A stretch of DNA of 62,126 nt, filler included, from Basidioascus undulatus (GCA_000826855.1; 5 parts of 5 records of this genome joined end to end with filler, not necessarily neighbours in it); one strand, 5' to 3'; shown: positions 15,818 through 27,107, numbered from the whole stretch's first letter. The notes: a model not told the origin generated them from the sequence alone. Numbers and translations: made by a program.

Positions 15818-17397
15818 ATGCTCTTCCACGCCGTCATCCCCCTCGCCCTTTCGGCTGCCGCTGTGTCCGCCGCGCCCCTTCACGTTCTGCCAGCGGCCTC
15901 GTTACGGAACGCTCCACCCTCAACGACCACCCAGTCGCTCCTCTGGCTAGTGTGTCTGCCCGCAGTATCGACGCCGGGAACGACAACTCCGCTGTAAGTT
16001 GCATGCGCGCTTGCATGACCAGGACTGGAAAAGTAACAGACGCTAATGCCATGTTCTTTCAGGTCGAGAAACGTCACGGCCTCATCCAGAACCTCCTCTC
16101 CGCACTCCTCGGCAATGGGACTACTCCCGATCAGGTGAACTCAGTCCTGGGTGTTTCGTATGGAGACCTGGTCAAGACTGGGGCCATCACGAACGTGCGT
16201 CAATGGACGACATACAGCGCCGTGATGTTCTGAGGCTAAGACCCACTCCGTTTTCCCTATTGTCTCCGCTGCAGGTCAACAACAAGCGTGCCGAGGCGTA
16301 CTGTGTTCCCGGGGCTTCATGGCTATCGTTGAGGGTCTTCTTTGCAGCTCGACGCACGGGATGGGATCGTTGCCGACCTACTCGCTGCTCTTCTTGGGCA
16401 AGGCGCCTTGGACGACCAAGTCAAGTCTACTTGTGAGTTTCCAAGCAAGACTTAATCAACATTGGTGCAGTTAACAATGCGGTACGTCCAAAGCGTCACT
16501 TTCCCCCAAATCGGCTGCTCACGCTGTCGCATTACTCGCTTTGCAGATCAACACCCGTGGTGTAGGTACCGCGCATCCCTATGTTTGACTCCATCGCTGA
16601 CAGACTCGATTGTTTCAGGAGCGCGACAGACTCGTTCCCGATCTTCTTTCCGCCCTTCTCAGCAATGGCGCTACTCCCGATCAGGCCTCGTCGGTTTTGG
16701 GTGTTAACATCGGAGACTTGTACAAGGTCGGCGTCGTTACGTACGTACGTCAGTGTTTCCCCAAACATTCACGTTTCAGCTTATTCAAAGGTGGCCTGGT
16801 ACCTCTGCAGTACCACAACAACAAGCGCGACGAAGTGAGTTCTTGCAGCTTGCAGCCGTACCGTCCCAGATCCTTGCTGATGCCTCTGTCTGCGTCGCAG
16901 CTTGCGGAGCGCGATGGGGGCTCCTCCAGAAACTTCTCGGTTTGCTCCTCGGCAAGGGGGCCTATAGTGTCGAGATTAAGTCCGTTCTGTTGGCCAACAT
17001 TGGGACTTGCTGAAACTTGGCTCCGCCACGACTTGAGTCTCTTCTGCTCAGTCCATTCCACCTTCTCTTGCATCTTCGCAGGCTCATCCCTAACTTTGCA
17101 CCTGGCTGCAGTACAACAAGCGCGACAACGTAGGTATTGTGCTACAACTTCACAAGCCATTGCTCACGTCACAGTTGCAGCTCGAGCAGCGTGATGGGCT
17201 CGTTCCCAACCTCCTCTCCGCGCTCCTCGGCAATGGCGCCACTCCTAACCAGGTCGAGTCTGTCCTGGGCATCTCATATGGCGACCTTGTCAAGATTGGC
17301 GCAATCACGAATGTGCGTCCACGATCCTCTGGTGTTCCTTTGCGATCGGCTGTTGACACGCACTCTGGCTGGTTGCCTCGCTTGCGAGTACAACTAG
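15818..17397 (+). CDS. Secreted Kex2-processed repeat protein (KEP-like), five ~40-aa amphipathic repeats; partly disrupted, possibly a pseudogene
   Basis: Signal peptide MLFHAVIPLALSAAAVSA-AP. Repeat exons at 16063-16194, 16348-~16481, 16619-16744, 16901-~17032 and ~17175-17312 share DG-L/I-V-x-x-LL-S-ALLG-x-G...QV-x-SVLG-V/I-S-x-GDL-x-K-x-GA-I/V-TN. Mini-exons between them carry NNKR/YNKR. Confidence 0.75.
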
Positions 17398-17980
17398 AGT
17401 AGCACGTAGGTGGGTTGCAACCGATACTGTTGGCCAGCCGGATCTGACGGATGGACGTTGGTATGAAGACTTAGAATGTCTCCAATCCAATGTGGGTAAA
17501 GATTTCCTTCCCTCGACTCAAGCACTGCATGAAGCTGACGTGTTGAAATGTTCTCAGTCATATCGCCCATCCCTTTTTCTGTGCTCCTCCTCATTTCACT
17601 TAGTTGGTTGTAAAGCAGTCTGTAGCAAAGCAATCTGTGTCGTTGCAGTGGGATTACAATGTAACACTACAAATCTATCTCGTGTTTCGGCTTCACCTTC
17701 GACCTGGAATTGGTTGCACTCACTCTCGGTAACGTTCAGCTTGATAAAAATTGGCAAGGAAGCTCTTGTTTGAAAAGTTAGCTTCCAACCATTCAACGGT
17801 GCAAGTTGATACTTCGCAACAATGAGAACCTGAGTCTGCCGCACAAGCAGGGGAAGAGCACTGGTTCGGCTCCATGGTACGTTGAGCGTGCAGAGCAGCT
17901 TTCATCAGCCGTACAGAACAACAACGCAAGCCCGAGGCATGCATATCGGATCTTCAAGCATCCGTTCATCTTGCATACGC

Positions 17981-20135
17981 TCACCACCCCACCTCCTCCA
18001 CCCCCCATCCATCATCGTCCATCCACCCGACGCCATCCTCCTTCCACCCCTCAACCTCGCTCGCCCAATCATCGTCCTCCCCATCCTCGTCCGCTCCTCC
18101 TCCCTCCTCACCCTCGCCCTCGCTCCCCAGGACCTCCTCGACCCTCCACGCCCGGCGCGCAACCTCAAACGCGTCCTCCACGTCCGGCTCGCGCTCGCGC
18201 TCGTCCTCCTCCCGAGGTGGCGGGGGCGGGGCGGGCCCTTTGCCCTGTTTGCGTGGCGGCTGAGGGGCAGGAGCGGGCTTGCGGGAGGGTGAGAGGGAGG
18301 AGGCAGAGGCGGTAGAGAGCGTGCGCGCGAAGGGACGGGGCGCGAAGATCGAGGCGACTCGTCGGTCGCGCTCCCGCGCTTCTTGACGAGCGCGTTGAGC
18401 GGGGGAGGTGAGGGACAGGATGGAAAGCAGGCCGGTGGGAACTCCCGCCGTCTCGGCCGCGAGGGTGTCCGCTGGCTCCTCCTCCTCCCGCGCCCCGTTC
18501 CAGCGCGCCTTGGTCGGCGAAGGTCGTAACAACGGCAGGTCGTCCTCGTCTGACGAAGACTCCGCCCCAATGAGCGTGTCGGGGTCGAACGTCTCCGGAT
18601 CGGGCGGCGGAGCGGGGGGCGACTTGAGTCGACGGCGGCGGGCCAGCGCGGACAGGTGCGGAACGACGTGCACCACGACCTTCCTCTTCTCGCCCTCCCT
18701 GCCTTCCCCGCCCGCTTCAAGCTCGAGCGCCTGCTCCTCAGGCTGTTCTGGCGCGCGCATCTCGGTCGCGCTCGGGAAGCGGACCTTGGACTGCGCCGGA
18801 GCACGGCGCGCGCGCTTCGGGTCCGGCTGCGGCTGCTGCTCGGGAGCGGGAGAGGGAGCGGGAGCGGCGGAGAAGTCGGCAGACTCCCGCGGGCCGAGGA
18901 GGCGCTTCGTACCGCGCTTGGGCGGCGGGGGGAGAGCGGATGTAGATGGCTGCGGATCAGGTTGGGGAGGCGGGAGGGTGGGCTTGGACGGGAGGGGCCG
19001 GAAAAGGTGTGTAGAGCGCGTGGAGGAGGTCGCGGAGGTTGTAGCGGCAGAGTTAATGGCTGAGAGTGTGGTTGTTGATCGGCGGGCGGGGAGAATGGGA
19101 CGTGCGGGGGCTTTGCCCTTGTCGCGTGAGGAAGGCGTGGGCGGGCCGTTTCCATCCGCCTCGTCCTCGTCCTCATCGTTATCATCAAAGATGGGTCGGA
19201 AGACCACGCCATTCTTGGCCGGCGTGGGAGCAAGAACGTCCTCCTCCTCGCCATCCTCTTCAGGCTCCTCCTCCTCTTCCTCGTCCACCTCCATCTCCTG
19301 CTCCTTCGCCTGCAGGAATACCTCTACGTCCGCGCTCTTCTCCGGTCCCACGCCAGCCAGCGCCCCTCGGGACTTTCTCGCGCGCCCTGGCGTGGGGGGG
19401 ACATCCTCTCCGCGCAGACGCTTGCGCGCACGCGTGCGCGGCGTCCATCCCACCGCGGCTGCGGCGGACGTGTTCGGCGAGCGTGAGACGGAATGAGCGG
19501 CGACGAGCGTGCGCAGCTTCTGGGGCGAAGACGCGAAGTGGAAGAGGTTGGAGGGCCCGGGCTGCTCGACAAAGGGGTTGTCATACGGGTCGGCGTTGCT
19601 GCTCGTAGAGGTGCGTCGCTTCGTAGGCGTGCGGAAGGAGGGCTGGGGAGGCGGGGGACTGCCGTGCATGACGTTGTTGAGCTTGCGCGCGGCAGCGGAG
19701 GAAGGTGTGGGTTTGGAGGGAGTCTTGAAGACGCTATCGGTGCCGGTTGTTGTGGCGGAAGGACCGGGAGCAGGAGCAGGAGGGCGCGAGGGGGGCAAAG
19801 GGGGCCGCAAGGACGCGGTGGACACGGATCGCTTGACGCCCCCTCCTCCTCGACCAGGCGTCTGCGGACCATCATCCGCCTTTTTAGGCTTAGGAGGATG
19901 CCGCGCGCGACTGTACGCTTTGTACTTCGCAGCTGGAAAAGCCGCAGCACATCGTCAGGGACCCCTGCCCACTCTCTCAGCAGCGGGAAAGACGCTTACC
20001 GATCTCTGGCTCGGCCTGAATGTCAGCTTTCGCTGGATCCCGCCTATGCGCTGAGCGGAACTGGCGCTCCCAGCGCTTCAGCTCGGCGCGCAGGGCAGTG
20101 ATGTCGCCGTCGGAGTGCGAGGCGGGCGCGGTCAT
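17981..20135 (-). CDS. SLD2: DNA replication regulator Sld2/Drc1 homolog (1 intron)
   Basis: N-terminus LRAELKRWERQFRSAHRRDPAKADIQAEPEI, intron ~19933-19999, then AAKYKAYSRAR, matching the Sld2/RecQ4-N motif; long disordered S/T-P-rich (CDK-site-like) tail. Confidence 0.8.
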
Positions 20136-20186
20136 GGGCGAGGATCGGGGCGGGGCGGAAGCGGGGAGGCAAATGGCGAAGGATAA

Positions 20187-20204
20187 GACGCGTTCAGGCG
20201 CGTC
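20187..20204 (-). promoter_or_regulatory. Paired MCB-like elements upstream of SLD2
   Basis: GACGCGCCTGAACGCGTC on the sense strand; perfect ACGCGT at 20188-20193, about 50 nt before the ATG. Confidence 0.5.
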
Positions 20205-20697
20205 GAAGGGGCAGCCATCCACTCATTTTTCTTTTGGCTACCATTCGTCGCTGGCTTTTTTTGCTGGCAGAATTTACAGCATACACTATTGAAAGTACTA
20301 ATTCTTTGTGAAAGATACTTCGACATATTGAAACAGTTTACAAGTGTCCGGTGCCGATATCCGATTTTTAGGTAGACGGACCGCAGCGCACCTAGAACGC
20401 TCGACACTGCGGCCACCTAAGACTGAGGTTTTCTGAGTATTCCCAAGTCGGGGTCAGGAATACTAGTGAAGTTGAGTACCCATGCCAGCTGAAGTTACCT
20501 TGGTTCGGCCCGAAAGATGCGGGTGTTGAGCCGGCTGCAAGTGCACGCTGCGGTTGCCCCTTGAAGTGCGACACACATCGGCATAAGCAAGAGTCGACAG
20601 AATAGATACGCGTAACAATCTCAAAAAATGCTGAGGCATCAAATCGAAAAGTAGGAAAATGCGCAGCCTGCCCTCCGAAGAACTCGAGCACCACCTC

Positions 20698-21800
20698 TCA
20701 AACCTCGCCAGCGATGGCACGGACAGCCTTCCGCCCCTCCACGAAGTCCACCACCCTGTCCCCGAGACCAAGCCCGTAGTCCGCCAGTTCCAGTCCGTAC
20801 CGAGCTCCCCGGACCCAGTAGCGTCCGCCCCAGAGGCCGAGGCGGATAGCCCCGCCAACAGCGCGGCGGACGAGGCCGACGCGGACGGGGCCGGCACCTA
20901 TGGACGGTGCGAGGATGAGGGCGTTCGCCTTGTCGTCCGACGGCCTGGACAGCGACAGGGCCTCCTCGGTATAAATAGGTAATGGGCTGGACGGGTTGGG
21001 ATGAGGCTCGGACTTGACCTGAGCGACAGGCTGGAGGGGCTGGTAGTCGGGCGTTGCGGTGGGCGACGGGGGGGACGCGAGGGTAGGGGCGCTCTCGGAA
21101 CTGCAGAACGGGCCGAAAGGATTACTGTACTCCGGTCCCGCCCTCTCGAAGGGCGCGGGGGGGAGCTGGAGTGGGAGCGCGCCGCCGAGCATGTCGCCGT
21201 GGATAGAGACCGGACGAGGCTTGCGGGGCGACTCGTGCTTGAGGTACACCCGGGAGGTGAGGCGCGACTTCGGTACTGGCGGGAGCTGCTGGTCGAAGTT
21301 GTAGAGATCTGGGATGATGCCCAATGCTATTCGTCAGAGATGAGAAGTGGGGGAGCAGCTCGGGGATCACAACTGACTGACCGCGGCTGTCGGACCGCCT
21401 GCGCTTGTTCTGCACCATAGCGGGAAGGACGAGCGCTTGAATTCCGGACTACCCATCCATTCCCATATGAGCTCATGCCCCAAAGCTCCTCCGAGGTCTG
21501 GAAGTGGTGTACTCACCCGCCGGTTGAGGTCCCGCTCGCCACCCGCGTTGTTCTCGGCGAAAGGCAACTTAGCCAGCTCCACGCCCGCCGACCACGAACG
21601 GCGATGTGTGTTCGTAAAAGCTTTCTTGTCAACAGGAGAGTCCCTGGAGGTGCTGGGGGGAGATGGGAGATGTCAGACGAACAACCGGGGAGAAGAGGCG
21701 GGGGAGCTGCGAAACAGGCGTGCGGGGGAGGAGGGCAGATTGGGAGGTGAGGAGGGACGTACAGGTTCTCCATCTCCTCACCGGGGTCCATGGTGCTCAT
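20698..21800 (-). CDS. Hypothetical spliced protein, Pro/Ser-rich with a hydrophobic/amphipathic C-terminus
   Basis: ATG at 21800 (MSTMDPGEEMENL, then GTACGT donor), further GT-AG-bounded exons, final ~200-codon exon ending GRKAVRAIAGEV*. Confidence 0.5.
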
Positions 21801-24385
21801 CTGTAAAGGATCAATAGGAAGATTGGATGTGCGGAAACGAGAATATCCTGTGCAAGTCGCGAGGTACAATGTCGGCTACACGCCGCAGCAGTACAAAGAG
21901 CATTTTCGACTCACGTCGATAGGTGGGGCAAGCGGTGGGGCGAGATGGGGGACGGTGTATTGTGAGAGAGATGGTGGTCGATATAAAGAGTCCCCAGGGG
22001 GAAGGAGGCGAAATACCGGGCGGTCGACCAGCCGAAACACGCAGGGCCGAGTCTAACGAAGAAGACTGACCAACATCCCTGCACGGTGTAAAAGAAAGAA
22101 AGCCACGCCTTGCCATCCGCTGAGCGAAAATTACTTGTGAATTAAAAGAGAAACTTTTAATTTCACATAGGAATGTCTTCAAGAAGCATCCAGTTAGACC
22201 ATCGCTATTCGAACCTAGCAGCGCACTTCTACCCAAACCAAGCACAACTGGCGTCCGGCCCCTGGCAGACATCAATATTGAATGGGTAACCTGATGGATA
22301 TTTTGAGGATAAGAAACCAAGATACTATTGTTTTTCATGAGCTGACTGTAACTCCGGGCAAGGGACGACGGAAACAATATCAATGTCCTCTACGCAGTGT
22401 CCTGACAGGCCTCATTGCTGCGTCAAGCAGCGCTGGCGGCATCCCTGGCCGGTCGCTGCCGGACCGCTCGAGAGTATTCTTTGAATATTCCATCCAATGA
22501 AATTTTGTGCCAGATGAGTGTTATTCAGACCGCACACTCTACAACAGGTGTGTCATCACTACTTCAACAGGCAGCAAAATCCACGGTTGTCCGGTCTCAC
22601 ACAGTGTAAGACAGTTTGTGTGAAACAAGAAACAGTCTTGTATACAGGGACTTGAATATATTAACAACCACCACATGCGACCAAGCATCCACCCAGCGAC
22701 CCGCGTACCCTGCCGACCTCAGCTGCAACTCACCCTTCACTCTGAAAGTGTGTTATCACCGCGGTGCTCGCTCGCTTTGACATGGGAGCGACTCACTGTC
22801 TTCCTCAATTCCCCAACACAGCTCACGAATGCCCAGTTTCACACCTGCCCCGATGCAGGCGTCTCGCAGGATGCTCAGTGACTCTGCTCGCAGCGCGATG
22901 TAAGTTCGAGGTCAATCATTGCCAATGCAGGCACGTTGGTCTCCCGCTTGTGGAGCGTTCTGATGAGTTGCTCAATGAAACTCTTCTCAGTGAAACATAT
23001 ATGAAGAGGCTGAGCAACGTCATCCCGGGTGGGAGAACATAGTCGCTGCATCTACGAGTGTCCCTTGGAGGGTCCTCTGTGAACAACAGCTCATAGAGCA
23101 TAATGGACGCTCAGACTTCGTATCCTCATGAACGCCCATGAGACGTACCCTAGACATACACGCAGAGGGAAAAAATATTGCACTCAGGAATTCTAGACGC
23201 TCCGTACACGCACGCGTCTGAATGTCCCAGACCCCGGAGGGGCGACTTTCACCCATATACCTCAACGCAATATGCGCCGCCCTCAAACAGCGGCTTAGAG
23301 TGAAGCTATGATTTGAGAACCTTGCAACACGCACGTGCGGTTAATGGTATAGCTGAGGCTGAGTGAGTAGCGCCCGTGTGTGGATGGGAGGCGCTGCATT
23401 TGATAGTACATGAGATCTCGCTTCAATACTTCCACTGCGTTAGGATAGAAAGCGGTCTGAGAAGCCGTCGTGCTGGATGCAAGCACTGCTGTTTACAGCC
23501 TACATCGGCCCGACACTGGTGTCAGCTCGACTTTCGAGCTTGCCGGCAGTCTCCCTCCTCTCCCTTGACCTCCATCCCAACCTGCCATGACGGTCATAAT
23601 GGTCATCCCGCCAGTCACACCGCCGACACCTCTCTCCGCTTGCTCGTCCTCTTCTTCCACCCTCATCACACACGCACACACACATGTGCACGCCGCACCG
23701 CACTCAGCAGTCCCGGACCGAACAATGCCATATGCAGGAGCGCCAGTAGCGGGATCGGGGGGGAGGGGCGGAGTAGGGCGGATGCGATGTAGGTAGGGTG
23801 GGATACAAACACGGAGGGAGGGAGGTATAACAGGGTTGTCGGTGGTGGGGATTTGGTCGGAGGAGTTTAGAGAGGTGGGTGGGTGTGGGTGCGGGAGGAC
23901 GGGAAAAGGCAAGAAAGGTTGTGAGAAAGAAGCGAAGTAAGCAAGGAAAGAAAGAAGAAGAGGAAGAGCAGAAGGACCGGTGATAAAACGAAGCAAGGAA
24001 AAGTGAAGATGAAGGAAGAGGAGAGAAGAGAAAGGTGAAGAAGAAGAGCCAGAACTACACACGCGGCATGGAAGAGATCATGGTGGTTGTTATGTGTGAA
24101 CTGTGTGCGTTTGTTGAATACTTGCGACATGATGTGGGCGAACAAGATAGGGGCGAAGTGGGCACATGTCTAAGCGAGTGTGGGCGAGTCCGAACGATGG
24201 TGGGGGCGCATATCTACCGCGAAGACAAAGGTAAGATGAAAGCAGAAGTGCAAGGGAAGCGGAAGGCAAACGGAACGGAAAGAGAAGGAAGAAAGAGAAA
24301 TAATAGAGGTAAAGCTGTGTGCGTTATTTTTTTGTGGTGTGGAAGTGTGGGAGGAAGTGGGAGATGTGAGTGAAGTGGGTGGGCC

Positions 24386-24817
24386 TCACGCGGAGATCGC
24401 AAGCTGCGCGACGGCCTGCTCGAGCCCCGCAACAGCGGGCTTGGCGCTGGCGCTGGCGTTCGCGGCAGCGGCCGCAGCAGCGGCCGCGAAGCTCTGCGCG
24501 CGGAACTCGGGCTGGGGCGCGCCGGAGCGGGGGGTGCCGTTAGACGAGACGGGCGTGGGGGTCGTGCCAGCGCTGCTGCTGCTGGGGTGGGTGGAGACGA
24601 CGACGACGTCGTCCTCAGAGCGGTCGCTCACGCTCACGCGGGAGCTCCCGCTCCCTCCACCGACGAGGGAGGGGAAGTCCTCCTGCGTCGGCACGCGCTG
24701 GACGGCGGGCGAAGCGCTCCGGCTCACGGCATGCTGCTGCTGCTGCGCGCCGTTTGGCCGACCGTTCCCCACCGTGCCGGGCTCCGCAGCCGGAGGCGGC
24801 GGGGACGTCTTCTGCTG
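24386..24817 (-). CDS. 3' end of an unknown disordered protein, truncated by contig end
   Basis: Open from the contig edge, QQKTSPPPP...PTQEDFPSL...AAAAAAAAANA...EQAVAQLAISA*, followed by a long pyrimidine-rich UTR-like tract. Confidence 0.6.
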   Translation of the reverse strand, partial: QQKTSPPPPAAEPGTVGNGRPNGAQQQQHAVSRSASPAVQRVPTQEDFPSLVGGGSGSSRVSVSDRSEDDVVVVSTHPSSSSAGTTPTPVSSNGTPRSGAPQPEFRAQSFAAAAAAAAANASASAKPAVAGLEQAVAQLAISA

Positions 24818-24917
24818 NNNNNNNNNNNNNNNNNNNNNNNNNNNNNNNNNNNNNNNNNNNNTTAATTAATTAANNNNNNNNNNNNNNNNNNNNNNNNNNN
24901 NNNNNNNNNNNNNNNNN
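24818..24917. other. Artificial contig linker
   Basis: N44-TTAATTAATTAA-N44. Confidence 0.98.
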
Positions 24918-24929
24918 GCGGTAGTTGAG

Positions 24930-25002
24930 ATCAGGGGGTTGCAGGTTCGATCCCTGCGTCGGTCACGGCCGGCTGGCTCAATGGTAGAGTATCTGACTAC
25001 GA
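24930..25002 (+). tRNA. tRNA-Arg(ACG) with halves in permuted order: 3' half 24930-24965, 1-nt spacer, 5' half 24967-25002
   Basis: 5' half GGCCGGC-TG-GCTC-AATGGTA-GAGT-A-TCTGA-CT-ACG-A and 3' half A-TCAGG-GGGTT-GCAGG-TTCGATC-CCTGC-GTCGGTC-A reassemble into a full 72-nt cloverleaf with all four stems paired (WC or G-U). Confidence 0.8.
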
Positions 25003-25003
25003 C

Positions 25004-25009
25004 TTTTTT
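25004..25009 (+). terminator. Pol III oligo-dT terminator
   Basis: TTTTTT starts 2 nt after tRNA position 37 of the 5' half. Confidence 0.65.
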
Positions 25010-25180
25010 GTTTCTCTCAACTCTCAGGCCTCACACGCCAGCAATGAAAACTCTCTTTTTCAAGATGGTCAAGAATCGTTCATTGCAAGAAAACTTACAC
25101 TTTCAATGGTAAGGAGCTTGCGGCCAGCCCGGCAGCTGGCTCGAAGCGGCGGCATTGCCAAGAAAATAATGGTAGGTACT

Positions 25181-26325
25181 TCAGCCTCCCGTTTCGAGAC
25201 GGAGATAAGGGGCAAATATCTCACCGGACAGAGTGGGAGGAAGTGACAGCGGGTGGAAGACGAGCGGCTGCGGAGGAAGCAGTGCCGCGTACGCTGCATG
25301 GGCAGCGTGCGACGCGAGGAGCCCAGCTGCTGGTTCTGGAGCTGGGCGTGGGCGGGAGGGAAGCTCTGGGGGTGGTACTCGCTGAAGGGGTGCCGAACTT
25401 GAGGCAGACGCAGAGGCAGAGGCGGAGGGGCTGCATGCGAAAATGAGAAGTCTTCCTTCATCGATAAGCACACACACGCACCTTGCGGCAGGATCGCCAG
25501 CCTCCCAACCGCAGCAAGGCATCTGAGCGCCTTGACCAGCTCCTGCGCGGGGATCCTCTTGATCGCGCCGGCCGGGATGGGGCCAGCGAAGTCGGCGGCG
25601 GTGCCCTGGTCGGTCGACGCGACGGCTGCGCTGCGGGAGATGTGCGAGGCGGACGGTCCGCCGAGCGCAGCGGCTATATGTGGTTGAGCGCGAGGTGGGA
25701 GGGCGGCGTGGAGAGACTGGTTCGTGGGCTCGCTCGGCTACTCGACTTTGACTTTGGGCGACGGCGGCGAGTGGGGGCTCTTTTCGGCTGCCGAGCGTAG
25801 AACCACCGCCCCAGCGCGCGAGTTGATGCCCTCCTCTGGAGCTCCTCCAGTTTAAGCTCGAGATTTGGGAGAGTGTATTTCATCAGAACGCACCTTCGCT
25901 CAACGCCTTCCGCTGCTTCTTCGTCCCTGACCCATTGGCCCTGAAGAACGTCTCGTGCACGAAACACTCAAGGGGTGAGGTTCTTCGACTTGAACCGGAA
26001 GCCGGCGGGCACGCCAACCAAGTCAGGGAGAGCAGACTGATCTTCCTTCTGGTTGAGGTGACCGAGGCTTTTGAGGGCCGAAATGGGAGCGGACGTGGGA
26101 TGCTGGGTGGGGACGCGGCGGCTGGAGCGTGAACGACCACGATGCTCGAACCCGTGGATATGAAGTGAGTCTCAGATATTTGCGACGGAGGTTTGGGTAG
26201 GATTTTGAAAGGGTTTGCAACGTATGCGTGGGCGATGGGACGATCAGGACAACAGAACATGAAAGCCAGGAAGAAGGAAAGAAGCCGCCGCGTTCGCGTT
26301 CGATCGTCCTCCGCCTCTTCGGCAT
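25181..26325 (-). pseudogene. Possible decayed hypothetical gene
   Basis: Coding-like fragments (KYTLPNLELKLEELQRR; AIKRIPAQELVKALRCLAAVGRLAIL) are broken by stops and frame changes; no family recognised. Confidence 0.2.
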
Positions 26326-27107
26326 GTTCTAAATTGGTAACTCTCCTTAGGCGTTATTCACAACTAGAATTCCCCATTTTTATCATTTCAATATCACTTT
26401 GAAAGACTCCGTGGGTGTTCGGTGGGACACGAGCAGCACACCTTTCCGACTCTGAGTCTGCACCGTGATAGAGAGAAAGCGCCCGGCGCGTGCATTGTCC
26501 AGTATAATCCGCTCTTTCTCGTAGGTTATGCCAGAGGTGGAAGCTATGTTGAATAGTGATGCACCTGCAAAGCCGACATGCACCTGAAAAGCCAACGGGT
26601 CCACGAGGCAATTGCCTTTCCATTGCCTTTCCATGTCAGCTTGAGCCGTTTGGTGCGCGGGTGTTGAGCTTTGTCTCTTCGGTACTAAACCTTTCAGACC
26701 ACTTAGTGTCATGTCCTTCTCCTCCAGTCGCCTTGTAGTGCTGGCATGCTCGCGTCGTCTGCTTGCTTGGCTCCATATAAACAGTCGTACATGACTATTT
26801 GCTTCAAAGCATCTTTCCTCATCAGAAATTTCATTCCCACCCTTGCGTTTTTTAGAATGACCATTGTACGTGCGTACATAGGCTTGCATACCATGATTGC
26901 AAGACGCCCGAACTCACTTTATTGTGGGCAGCCATGGCGTGCTTCTTGAATGGGATGGCTCAATCGCTGTCCTGACGCGAAGGTCGGGGTAAAGCACATC
27001 AGCGCAGACTTATCAGTTACTCTCAGAGGGTCAAGTTTGCTCTTGTTTCGAAGGTCCATCTCTGCGTTCTTCAACAGACAGGGCACCACGCTAACCTTCT
27101 CTCGATC

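Noticed and set aside
17806..20101. Long overlapping and antisense ORFs over SLD2 (also over the MFS gene, DBP5, DHQS and LHS1)
   Set aside because: These are shadow ORFs expected from high-GC codon usage; they show no motifs or independent splice structure.
23820..24380. Long purine-rich tract as an ncRNA or repeat element
   Set aside because: It is best explained as the pyrimidine-rich 3' UTR/intergenic region of the minus-strand gene ending at 24386; no periodicity or fold is evident.
25003..25200. A long intron continuing the downstream tRNA 5' half
   Set aside because: T6 follows immediately, and no matching TCAGG...GGTTCGA 3' half is seen downstream.
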